From Steroidobacterales bacterium (lineage in GTDB: Bacteria > Pseudomonadota > Gammaproteobacteria > Steroidobacterales > Steroidobacteraceae): a DNA stretch of 64,000 nucleotides. Positions 20,570-29,284 of this stretch are shown piece by piece. The stretch is from positions 11,835 through 75,834 of the forward strand of contig JBIODC010000004.1 in assembly GCA_044440135.1 (NCBI GenBank), in the 5' to 3' direction. The first letter of the stretch is position 1; each line of letters begins with the position of its first letter. A program made the translations under genes and the position numbers. The notes beneath the pieces are model-generated. The model was not told where the DNA came from. It saw only the letters and a program-made list of their open reading frames with translations, and made no database searches.

Positions 20570-23035
20570 CTAGTACTTCATGCCGAGCGTTGCATACCAC
20601 TCGCGTGGCGGATTGTAGGTGCCGAAAATGACGCCACCTGCGATCTGCGGCTGTCCGGTCGTGATGTAGCGCTTGTCGGTCAGATTGGCACCCCCGAGCG
20701 TGAACGTAATCCTGCCACTCGGTGAAACGATGCTGGTCGAAGCATTGATCATATCGACGTCTGGTCGGCCCAGCAGCGGCGTGTTCTGAACATCGTTGAA
20801 CATGTGGCTGGTGTGCGAGTAGTCGGCGGCAAGCCGCAGCGTCGCGCCGTTGGCGATGGTGGTGTGTGCGTCCGGACTGATCGAGACCTTCAGACGCGGC
20901 GTCTTCGGCAGATCGCTGCCGGTAAACGGGGCCGCTGCCGGGTTGATGGTGCGGTAGTAGGCGTCCATATAACCCAGGTTGCCGGACAGTGAGAAGTACT
21001 GGCCGAGGCGCGACTGCGCCTGTAGCTCGAGCCCCTTTATCGTGGCGTTACCGGCGTTCTGGGTCACGGGTGAGGTACTGATCTGGTAAGTCAACTGGAT
21101 GCCGTTATACAGGCTGTAAAACGCCGCGGCGTTGACGATCAGTTGCCGCTCGAGCCATTCGGACTTGAATCCGACCTCATAGGTTTGATCAGTTTCCGGC
21201 CCGAACGACTGGGCCGGGGATCCAGGCGGCAGCGGCGCAGTGAGTCGCGTGGTCCAGCCGCCGGTCTTGAAGCCCTTGGCATAGGTGGCGTACGCCATCA
21301 GGCTTGGGTCGAAGTGATACTGAATACCGGCGGTGGGCGTGAACTCGGTGAAGTTCTGATGATTCTCGCCCAGTGGGTAGACCTGATAAGGATTGGCGGC
21401 GCTCGGGAATCCAAAGCCAGCGCCGGCCAGGGTCTGTTGGCAGGCCGGGCTCGGAGTGGCGGGATAGCCTGCATAGCAGCCGCCGATCAATCGGTAAAAG
21501 AACCCATTCAGGTCCTGCTGTCCTCCGGTAAACGTCTTGCGGTCGCTTGACTCACGGCCGCCCAGAGTCAGCCCCACCTTGTCCGTCAGCTTGTAATCCA
21601 GGTGCAGATACCCGGCGTAGGATGTGGTGTCCAGGGTGTTGGGACCGTCAACCTGCAGTAACCCGCCGCCGAAAGTCACGAAGTCGTGGATATACCCACC
21701 TTCGTTGAAATAATAGAGGCCCGCGACGAGTTTCAACCTCGAATCGAACAGGTCCCCGAGCAGTTGCACTTCTTCGGAGATCTGATGCTGGCCTTCGGCG
21801 AAACTCAATTCGAAGAAATTGATCGGCGAGCCGTCGGCATCGAGACCGGGGGTCCAATGCAGTCGCCGCCAGCCGGTGATGGAGCGCAGCGTGAAGGACG
21901 GGTTCAGAGTCCACTCCGCGGTCAGCGCGCCACCGTAGGAATCGAGTTTGTCGAAATTCTGCCCGGTGGCGTAGGTGGTATCGATGTTTCCGGTGTTGGT
22001 CACCGCGGGGCCATACAGCAGGCGCGTGGTGGCCGGGTTCAGATTCGCCTGCCACAGCGGCGTCCCTACGGTATTGCGCGGCCCGCACACCTGCGCCGCC
22101 GTCGGCGCGAATGGAATGCCGAGCAGGCAGGCGTTGTAGATGGCGCCGAAGATGGCGCTGGGACCCGATGTAACCGTCTGCAACACGGTACTTGCCGTGG
22201 ACGGCTGGTTGGTATGCGTCCAGTCGAGCGACAAAGTCGCGGTCAGCGAGTCGGTGGCTTTCCATAGAAACTTGGCGCGCGCGACCTGCTGATTCTCACC
22301 GCCTTGGGTGTCGAAGGTCTCGGTGCCAGAACTGTGCATCGCACCCACCGGATCGGAGACGTAGGGAGTCAGCGACGGATATGGGATGCGACGCTGATAG
22401 CCGTCCCGGAATTCGGACGAGAAGGTGAACGTCGTCAGCAGATTGCTGGCCAGCGGAATGTCGGCCATGAGCGCGACGTCACGCCGATTGTAGCTGCCGC
22501 CGCTCACCTGGGCCTGACCGGCCAGCTGATCGCCCGGCGTACGGGTGACGATGCTGATGGCACCACCGATGGTATTGCGGCCAAACAACGTGCCCTGCGG
22601 GCCATTGAGGATCTCGATGCGCTCGACATCGAGCAGGTTCTGGTTGGCGCCGACGGTGCGCGCAAAGTAGACGCCGTCGACATAGACGCCGACGCCGGGA
22701 TCGAGATTGAAGGCGAAGTCGTCCTGGCCGATACCGCGAATCGAGGCCGACAGCACTGAGTTTGAGCCTGAGAACGGCGACCCTGCGTCAAGATTGACGT
22801 TGGGCGTCAACGTGGACAGGCTGTGGATATCGGTGACCCCCTTGGCGCGCAGGTCGGATTCCGAGAACGCCGTGATCGCGATCGGTACGTCCTGGATGTT
22901 CTCGCTGCGCTTCTCGGCAGTAACGACGACCTCCTCGAGCGTTCCGGCGTCCACTCCTGCCGTGGTCTGCGGGAACGCAGCCAGCGGTAGCAGAGTGCCT
23001 GCCGCACCGAACACCCACAATGCTCTGATATTCAT
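20570..23035 (-). CDS. TonB-dependent receptor
   Basis: ATG 23035 gives signal peptide MNIRALWVFGAAGTLLPLAAFPQ. Plug region EEVVVTAEKRSENIQDVPIAITAF. 821-aa barrel. The 64 upstream track codons were rejected. Confidence 0.9.
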   Translation of the reverse strand: MNIRALWVFGAAGTLLPLAAFPQTTAGVDAGTLEEVVVTAEKRSENIQDVPIAITAFSESDLRAKGVTDIHSLSTLTPNVNLDAGSPFSGSNSVLSASIRGIGQDDFAFNLDPGVGVYVDGVYFARTVGANQNLLDVERIEILNGPQGTLFGRNTIGGAISIVTRTPGDQLAGQAQVSGGSYNRRDVALMADIPLASNLLTTFTFSSEFRDGYQRRIPYPSLTPYVSDPVGAMHSSGTETFDTQGGENQQVARAKFLWKATDSLTATLSLDWTHTNQPSTASTVLQTVTSGPSAIFGAIYNACLLGIPFAPTAAQVCGPRNTVGTPLWQANLNPATTRLLYGPAVTNTGNIDTTYATGQNFDKLDSYGGALTAEWTLNPSFTLRSITGWRRLHWTPGLDADGSPINFFELSFAEGQHQISEEVQLLGDLFDSRLKLVAGLYYFNEGGYIHDFVTFGGGLLQVDGPNTLDTTSYAGYLHLDYKLTDKVGLTLGGRESSDRKTFTGGQQDLNGFFYRLIGGCYAGYPATPSPACQQTLAGAGFGFPSAANPYQVYPLGENHQNFTEFTPTAGIQYHFDPSLMAYATYAKGFKTGGWTTRLTAPLPPGSPAQSFGPETDQTYEVGFKSEWLERQLIVNAAAFYSLYNGIQLTYQISTSPVTQNAGNATIKGLELQAQSRLGQYFSLSGNLGYMDAYYRTINPAAAPFTGSDLPKTPRLKVSISPDAHTTIANGATLRLAADYSHTSHMFNDVQNTPLLGRPDVDMINASTSIVSPSGRITFTLGGANLTDKRYITTGQPQIAGGVIFGTYNPPREWYATLGMKY

Positions 23036-23269
23036 GCATCGCCCCCTGGTGTCTGAATTCGATATTTCGTTGTTGTGCGCGTCGGTAGTTCTCGTCGATA
23101 TCAGCGGCTGTCTGAACCGAACCGTGTTCCGCTCCCGTGATCGCCAGCGTCGAGTGGTGAAGGGAAGCGTTGGCGCCAATTGCACCGCGCGCCATGGAGG
23201 GTAGCCGCGCGGGTGTTGCGGGTACATGGACGAAATTCGCAGGAACTTGGATTTTTATTCCGACTGTCC

Positions 23270-24439
23270 CTAAAACTTGAGGCCGACATAATTTTCGGCA
23301 AAGGATGCAGCCGCCGCCGGGGACGCGGCGATGTATTCCAGCTCTGCGAGCTGGATCTTGCGGGCGAAGCTGTCGTTGGAAAACGTGTGCATCAACGTCG
23401 TGAACCACCACGAGAATCGCGTGGCCTTCCAGACCCGCGCGAGCGCGCGCGAGGAGTACTCGTCAAGCAGCGTCTCGCTTGCTCCGCGAAAGTAGTCGAC
23501 CAGCGCCTCGAACAGCACCCGGACGTCGGCGGCCGCGAGATTGAGCCCTTTGGCGCCGGTTGGCGGCACGATATGCGCCGCATCGCCGACCAGGAACAGT
23601 CGGCCAAAGCGCATCGGCTCGGCGACGAAGCTGCGCAGCGGAGCGATGCTCTTCTCGATCGACGGGCCGGTGATCAGCCGCGCGCTATACGTTTCGGGCA
23701 GGCGCAGGCGCAGCTCGTCCCAGAAGCGCTGGTCGGGCCAGCTGTCAATCGTGTCGTCGAGCGATACCTGCAGGTAGTAGCGGCTACGAGTCTTCGACCG
23801 CATGCTGCACAGCGAGAAGCCGCACGCGTGATTTGCATAGACGAGCTCGTCGGCAACGGGCGCGATGTCCGCGAGGATGCCGAGCCAGCCAAACGGATAG
23901 ATGCGTTCGTGCAGTGCGATGCTTTCCTTCGGAATGCTGGCGCGCGTGACGCCATGGTAGCCATCGCAACCGGCGATGAACTCACAGTCGATCTCGTGGC
24001 GCCGCGAGCCATGTGTGTAGGTCACCCGGGGTCGGGGGCCGCCAAAGTCATGGATCGCAACGTCCCTCGCTTCCCAGACGATGTGTCCGCCGGAAGCGGC
24101 ACGCGCATCGGCCAGATCCTTCTGTATCTCGGTCTGGCCATAGACCATCACTCGCTGACCCGTCAGACCGTACAGATCAATCCGGTGCACATGGCCGTCG
24201 AAGGCGAGTTCGACACCGTCGTGCGCGAGGCCTTCCCGCAGCATCCGCGCCCCGACGCCGGCCTCATTCAGCAGATCGACCGTGCCCCACTCGAGCAGGC
24301 CCGCGCGGATGCGCGCCTCGACGTACTCGCGCGACTGCCGTTCGAGTACGATCGATTCGATGCCGCGCGTGTGCAGCAGTTGGGACAGGAGTAGCCCGGA
24401 CGGCCCCGCGCCGATGATGGCGACCTGGATTTTGGACAT
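23270..24439 (-). CDS. pobA: 4-hydroxybenzoate 3-monooxygenase
   Basis: ATG 24439 (MSKIQVAIIGAGPSGLLLSQLLHTRGIESIVLERQSREYV...). 389 aa with full-length PobA-like sequence. Confidence 0.92.
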   Translation of the reverse strand: MSKIQVAIIGAGPSGLLLSQLLHTRGIESIVLERQSREYVEARIRAGLLEWGTVDLLNEAGVGARMLREGLAHDGVELAFDGHVHRIDLYGLTGQRVMVYGQTEIQKDLADARAASGGHIVWEARDVAIHDFGGPRPRVTYTHGSRRHEIDCEFIAGCDGYHGVTRASIPKESIALHERIYPFGWLGILADIAPVADELVYANHACGFSLCSMRSKTRSRYYLQVSLDDTIDSWPDQRFWDELRLRLPETYSARLITGPSIEKSIAPLRSFVAEPMRFGRLFLVGDAAHIVPPTGAKGLNLAAADVRVLFEALVDYFRGASETLLDEYSSRALARVWKATRFSWWFTTLMHTFSNDSFARKIQLAELEYIAASPAAAASFAENYVGLKF

Positions 24440-24737
24440 TGTTGCTCCGCCAGCGAGGCGCGCCGCAGGCACCCCCAAGGCTCCAGACTAAAGATTCGCG
24501 GCGCCGAGGGAATGGACGGAATTCATTGGAATTTGTACTTTTGATTCACTGTCGATTCGACCACCGGAGGATCCGGACTCGCTGCAGTGGTCGATTCGGG
24601 TGCGGGGGCGTTGGCGCCAGCCAAAAATACAAGAATCCAATGCTTTCGGCCACGCCTGTGCGTGCGGCGCAGGCGCCTCGCAGGCCTGCCGTCTCCGGCT
24701 ACACTAGCTGGCCGCCATCGCCCTGCCAGGGAACTAC

Positions 24738-25061
24738 ATGCCGGAAGTCACGTATATCGAACCCGACGGGCGCGTGCGCACATTGCAGGTGCCGGTCGGT
24801 ACCAGCGTGATGCGCGCTGCCATGGATGCGGGGCTCGAGGGCATCGAGGCGCAGTGCGGCGGCAACTGTTCGTGCGCGACCTGCCATTGCTACGTGCAGC
24901 AGCCGTGGATGGACAAACTCAAGCCGCCCTCGGATGATGAGCGATTGATGCTGAGCAATGTGGCAGCGGAACGACGCCCCAACAGCCGGCTGTCCTGTCA
25001 GGTGATCGTCGAGCCGGCGCTCGACGGTCTGACCGTGCAGTTTCCAGAGCGTCAGAGCTGA
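24738..25061 (+). CDS. [2Fe-2S] ferredoxin, adrenodoxin/putidaredoxin type
   Basis: 107 aa. Ligand pattern CGGNCSCATCHC plus a distal LSCQV Cys. Confidence 0.9.
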   Translation: MPEVTYIEPDGRVRTLQVPVGTSVMRAAMDAGLEGIEAQCGGNCSCATCHCYVQQPWMDKLKPPSDDERLMLSNVAAERRPNSRLSCQVIVEPALDGLTVQFPERQS

Positions 25062-25081
25062 CCATATAAGGGGCTTAGTTC

Positions 25082-26347
25082 GTGCGATCCCAGGCACCCA
25101 TCCTGATCGTCGGCGCCGGCCAGGCCGGCGTTCAGATTGCTGAATCGCTGCGCCAGGAAGGCTTCGGCGAGCAGCTGCTGCTGATCGGCGATGAGTCGCA
25201 TCCGCCCTACCAGCGGCCACCGCTGTCCAAGAAGTGGCTGATCGAGCCCGGTGCGATGACGGCGCTGTGGCTGCGAGGCGCCGAGTCGCTGGTGCGCCGC
25301 AGGATCGAGCTCAAGCTCGATACGCACGTGGCGGCGATCGATCGCGCCGCATCCCAGCTGCTGCTCGCGAACGGCGAGCGGCTTGGCTACGGCAAGCTCG
25401 CGCTTGCGACCGGATCGCGGGCGCGCACACTGCCGGTGCCGGGGGCATCGCTCGGCGGGGTGCTGAGCCTGCGCTCGATCGCCGACTCGGCCGCGATCGC
25501 GGCGGCGATTCGCCGCTGTGCGGCCGAGGCGCGCCCGGTGGTGGTCATCGGCGGCGGCTTCATCGGACTGGAAGTGGCCGCGGCCGCGAGCAAGCTCGGC
25601 GCCTCGGTCACGGTGCTCGAAGGACTGCCGCGACTGATGTCGCGGGTCACCGCGCCGATCGTCTCGGAGGCCTTCGAGCGCGTGCATCGTGCGCATGGCG
25701 TCGAGCTGGTGTTCGGTGCGCAGGTGACCGAGCTGGTCGGAAGCGACGGCCGGGTCGAGGCGGTGCGCAGCGCCGATGGCCGCGAATACGCGGCCGGCTG
25801 TGTCGTGGTCGGCATCGGCGTGGAACCGGATGATCGGCTCGCCGCCGCGGCCGGCCTGGCCTGCGAGCGCGGCATCGTCGTCGATGATTGCTCGCGCACC
25901 AGCGATGCCGCAATCGCCGCGGCCGGGGACTGTACTGCGCGCCGACTGGCCGACGGACGGATGCTGCGGCTCGAGTCGGTGCAGGGCGCCGTGGAGCAGG
26001 CAAAATCCGCGGCGGCGGCTCTGATGGGGCGCGAGCGGCCGTTTCGCGCCGCGCCCTGGTTCTGGTCCGACCAGTTCGACATCAAGCTGCAGATGGTCGG
26101 CCTGAGCCACGGCTACGATCAGGTCGTGACGCGCGGGGATCTGATAAAACCGGCGTTCTCGGCGTTTTATTTCCGCGCCGGCCGACTGATCGCGGTCGAT
26201 TCGCTGAACCGTATCCAGGATCACATGCAGGCCAAGCGGCTGCTGGACCACGACCTGTCGCCGACGCCGGAGCAGGTCGCCGATCCGCTGTTCGAGCTGC
26301 AGAGCCTGCTCAAGCAAGCCAAGCTCGCTACTGCGGGCGAAGCATGA
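25082..26347 (+). CDS. FAD-dependent ferredoxin-NAD(P)+ reductase (putidaredoxin-reductase-like)
   Basis: GTG start. Dinucleotide motifs IVGAGQAGVQ and VIGGGFIGLEVA. 421 aa. Lies 20 nt after the ferredoxin gene. Confidence 0.88.
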   Translation: MRSQAPILIVGAGQAGVQIAESLRQEGFGEQLLLIGDESHPPYQRPPLSKKWLIEPGAMTALWLRGAESLVRRRIELKLDTHVAAIDRAASQLLLANGERLGYGKLALATGSRARTLPVPGASLGGVLSLRSIADSAAIAAAIRRCAAEARPVVVIGGGFIGLEVAAAASKLGASVTVLEGLPRLMSRVTAPIVSEAFERVHRAHGVELVFGAQVTELVGSDGRVEAVRSADGREYAAGCVVVGIGVEPDDRLAAAAGLACERGIVVDDCSRTSDAAIAAAGDCTARRLADGRMLRLESVQGAVEQAKSAAAALMGRERPFRAAPWFWSDQFDIKLQMVGLSHGYDQVVTRGDLIKPAFSAFYFRAGRLIAVDSLNRIQDHMQAKRLLDHDLSPTPEQVADPLFELQSLLKQAKLATAGEA

Positions 26348-27059
26348 ACTCCTGGCCGCGGTAGTCGAGCGCCACCCCTTCGCGAGTGATTGCCAGGACA
26401 CGCGGCCCTTCCGGCAATGCGTCACCCTCGTGAACCCGGTGCATGTTGATCAGTGCGTAACGATCGCGCGCGCGCGCGCCGAAGACATGCAGATCGAGCC
26501 GCAGCTCCGGCAGGTCGCCACCGACGTCGCTGAAGCTCGGAAGATTGGCGTAGCGGCCGGCGCTGCCGCGTTCGGGCCGGGCGCCGGCGCCGCCCGGCAG
26601 CACCGCCGGTTCATCGTCGGCGGGATTGCGCGCACCGTCCGATGCCTCAATGCCCGCCTCGGGCGGCGGGACAGCCCTGGCCGCCGGGTCGATGCTGCCG
26701 GCGACCGGCGCCGACGCATCGGTGCCCGCCAGCGCGGCGGGCCGGTTGGCCACCGGCGCCACGGCGGCCGGCAACGCGCTCGCGCTCGGCGCGGCCGTTG
26801 CGGCCGGCAGCGATGCCGCGACGGCAGCGGGCGCCGTGGCCGGGGCGGGCGGCAACGCACGCTCGATCTGCGGGCTCGCGGGCCGATGCAGCACGAATGC
26901 AAGCAGCAGCAGGTTGACCGCGAGCAACGCGACCACGGCGATCACCCAGGCGGGGTAGCGGCGCCGCGGCTGGGTGACGCGCACCTCGAGCAGCGTCGGC
27001 CCGCTCTGCCGCTGCCGTTCGGCTTCGGATTTCTTCAGCGCGTCGAGAATCAGGGACAT
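26328..27059 (-). CDS. GspB/ExeB-like general secretion pathway protein
   Basis: MSLILDALKKSEAERQ N-terminus, one TM helix (YPAWVIAVVALLAVNLLLLAFVL) and an Ala/Pro-rich linker. TGATG overlap with the ExeA-like gene. Confidence 0.7.
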   Translation of the reverse strand: MSLILDALKKSEAERQRQSGPTLLEVRVTQPRRRYPAWVIAVVALLAVNLLLLAFVLHRPASPQIERALPPAPATAPAAVAASLPAATAAPSASALPAAVAPVANRPAALAGTDASAPVAGSIDPAARAVPPPEAGIEASDGARNPADDEPAVLPGGAGARPERGSAGRYANLPSFSDVGGDLPELRLDLHVFGARARDRYALINMHRVHEGDALPEGPRVLAITREGVALDYRGQEFMLRPQ

Positions 27060-28840
27060 CAGCCGCCTCGTGTCGACGCCTGTTGCGCCGTTCGCGGCTG
27101 CAACAGCGGCGAATCCGGGGACGCCAGCACGGCATCGAGCGCCACCTGCGTTTCAATGCCGGCGACGCCGTCGACCGCGAGACGATTGGCGCGCTGAAAC
27201 TGTTCGACCAACTTCACCAGACTCCCATCGTATTCATCACTGGTCGAGGCGTCACTGAGCTCGCCGCTCCAGCGATTGAGCTGCTCGCGCAGGCGGCGCA
27301 CCGGTGCGCCGCGCATGCCCGCACTCAAGTCGCGAACGTCCTTGCCGCCCGGACGCCACACCAGCACGAAGTCGCCGAACCAGTAGCGCATCAGTTCCGC
27401 GACCCCAACGCTCGCGCTCTGGCCGCCGATCTGCACTTGCGCCGTATCGTCTCCGAGCGCGCGCAGCACCACCTGACTGGCCGTGCCTGCCTCGTCGCTG
27501 AGCATCAGGATGGCCGGTCGGTTGAGCATTCGCAACTCCGCCAGCGAGCCGCGCTGCATCAGGCAGCGCAGCCCCTGGGCCAGCGCCTGGCTGCAGCCAT
27601 CGGTCTTGCCGGGGGTGTAACCGGCCTGCCACAGGCCGAGCAGTTGCGCGAAGGCGGTATCGGGGTCGGTGCTGCTGCGGTTCATCGCCAGCAACTGGGC
27701 AAAGGTCGGGGGCGGTGCCGTGATGGCCGACCGCGGCGCGGCGGGGACCGATCCCGCAGCCGGCGCAGCGGCCGGCGCCGGCGTGCCATCCGCGGCACCG
27801 CTGGCGGCATCGGCGCCCGGTACCACCGGGGCGACCGTGGGTGCGACCGCGGAGGGCGCCGCGACCGCCGATGCAGCGGGCGGCTCGGCCACCACCGGGG
27901 CCGCGTTGGTGCCCGCGCGACCCGGCAGCACCCGGCCCGGCAGGTGGCGCCACAGCAGGGCGCCGCTGCCGAGCAGCACCGCGACCACCATCGCGCCGAC
28001 TGCCAGCGGCATCCAGCGCGGCGCCAGTTCCTGGTCGAACACTTCGGCCGCGGCGCGGCGCACCAGCGCGGCCGGCACCTGGTGCAGATCCTGGGTGTAG
28101 GCGCCGAGCAGTGCGCGATCGCAGATGATATTGATCACGCGCGGGATGCCACGGCTCACGTTGTAGACCTCGCGCAATGCGCCGCGCGTGAAGACATCGG
28201 CGGTCGCGCCCGCAACCCGCATCCGGTGGCGTACGTAGGCCGCGGTCTCCAGGCGCGACAGCGGATCGAGGTGGTAGCGGCCGGTGATGCGCTGCGCGAG
28301 CTGTCGCAGGTCCTCGCGCGCGAGCAGCTTACGCAGCTCCGGCTGGCCGATGAGGATGATCTGCAGCAGCTTCTGCGTCTCGGTCTCGAGATTGGTCAGC
28401 AGGCGGATGTGCTCGAGCAGCTCGGGCGTGAGATTCTGCGCCTCGTCGACGATCAGCACGACGCGCCGTCCCTGCGCGTGCGCCCGCAGCAGATAGCGAT
28501 TCAGCAGGTCCACCAGCTCCTTGGTGTTGCCTGCGGCGCTGTCGTCCGCGCCCATGCCCAGCTCCTCGCACAGCGCCAGCAGGAACTCGCCGGGCGACAG
28601 CCGCGGATTGAGAATCAGCGCGATCTCGGCGTTCTTCGGCGCGCGCGCCAGCAGCGAACGAATGGTGGTGGTCTTGCCGGTGCCGACCTCGCCGGTGAGC
28701 TGGATGAAGCCGCCGGCCTCGTTGATGCCGTACACCAGATGGGCAAGCGCATCCGCATGCCGCGCACTCAGGTACAGATAGCGCGGGTCCGGGGTGATCG
28801 CAAACGGCTTTTCCGCAATGCCAAAGAACGCCAGGTACAT
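27059..28840 (-). CDS. ExeA/GspA-like AAA ATPase with C-terminal peptidoglycan-binding domain
   Basis: MYLAFFGIAEKPFAITPDPRYLYLSARHADALAHLVYGI, Walker A GEVGTGKTT, TM segment, and C-terminal PG_binding_1-like FQRANRLAVDGVAGIETQ. Confidence 0.85.
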   Translation of the reverse strand: MYLAFFGIAEKPFAITPDPRYLYLSARHADALAHLVYGINEAGGFIQLTGEVGTGKTTTIRSLLARAPKNAEIALILNPRLSPGEFLLALCEELGMGADDSAAGNTKELVDLLNRYLLRAHAQGRRVVLIVDEAQNLTPELLEHIRLLTNLETETQKLLQIILIGQPELRKLLAREDLRQLAQRITGRYHLDPLSRLETAAYVRHRMRVAGATADVFTRGALREVYNVSRGIPRVINIICDRALLGAYTQDLHQVPAALVRRAAAEVFDQELAPRWMPLAVGAMVVAVLLGSGALLWRHLPGRVLPGRAGTNAAPVVAEPPAASAVAAPSAVAPTVAPVVPGADAASGAADGTPAPAAAPAAGSVPAAPRSAITAPPPTFAQLLAMNRSSTDPDTAFAQLLGLWQAGYTPGKTDGCSQALAQGLRCLMQRGSLAELRMLNRPAILMLSDEAGTASQVVLRALGDDTAQVQIGGQSASVGVAELMRYWFGDFVLVWRPGGKDVRDLSAGMRGAPVRRLREQLNRWSGELSDASTSDEYDGSLVKLVEQFQRANRLAVDGVAGIETQVALDAVLASPDSPLLQPRTAQQASTRGG

Positions 28841-28870
28841 TGGTGCCGCGTCAGTTCATGAGCATCGCCG

Positions 28871-29284
28871 TCACTTGGTCACCGTGATCGTGATCCTGCT
28901 CGAGGCCACGTTGGGTACGAACGGCGTGTGCGTGTAGTCGGCGAACAGCAGCTGCAGCGTGTGTTTTCCCGGCGGCAAGTCCAGCGTGGTTTCCGTCTGC
29001 CCCTTGCCGAAATGGCGGATGTTGTCGCTCACCGGCAGCGGCTGCGTGAGATCCGCCGGCAGCTCGCTGTCGATCAGCAGGTGGTGGTGCCCGGTGTTGT
29101 CGAACTTGACCCCGGCCGGGGCGATGCCCATGCCCTTGAGTCCGAACACGACCGTGACCGGGCTCTTGACCCGGGCGCCGGCCGCGGGCTTGATGATGTA
29201 CACGGCGGCGCCCGCGGGCGAGGGCGACTGATCGGCCATCGCAACGCCGCAGGCCAGGGCCAGTAACACGGTCAGGACACGCAT
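28871..29284 (-). CDS. Secreted DUF4399-like protein
   Basis: Strong SD GGGAGGAG. Signal peptide MRVLTVLLALACGVAMA. GHHHLLID motif. The family name is recalled from memory. Confidence 0.6.
   Translation of the reverse strand: MRVLTVLLALACGVAMADQSPSPAGAAVYIIKPAAGARVKSPVTVVFGLKGMGIAPAGVKFDNTGHHHLLIDSELPADLTQPLPVSDNIRHFGKGQTETTLDLPPGKHTLQLLFADYTHTPFVPNVASSRITITVTK

Noticed and set aside
23170-23179. Perfect 10-nt palindrome TTGGCGCCAA upstream of the TBDR
   Set aside because: About 60 palindromes of 10 nt are expected by chance in 64 kb. There is no second copy or extended symmetry.
23036-23269. Possible riboswitch (cobalamin or TPP) in the 234-nt leader of the TonB-dependent receptor
   Set aside because: Reading the minus-strand leader, I could not find the B12 box, the GGGAA/GCCACTG-type cores or the TPP CTGAGA...ACCTGA core. 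Confirmation needs a covariance-model scan (Rfam/Infernal).
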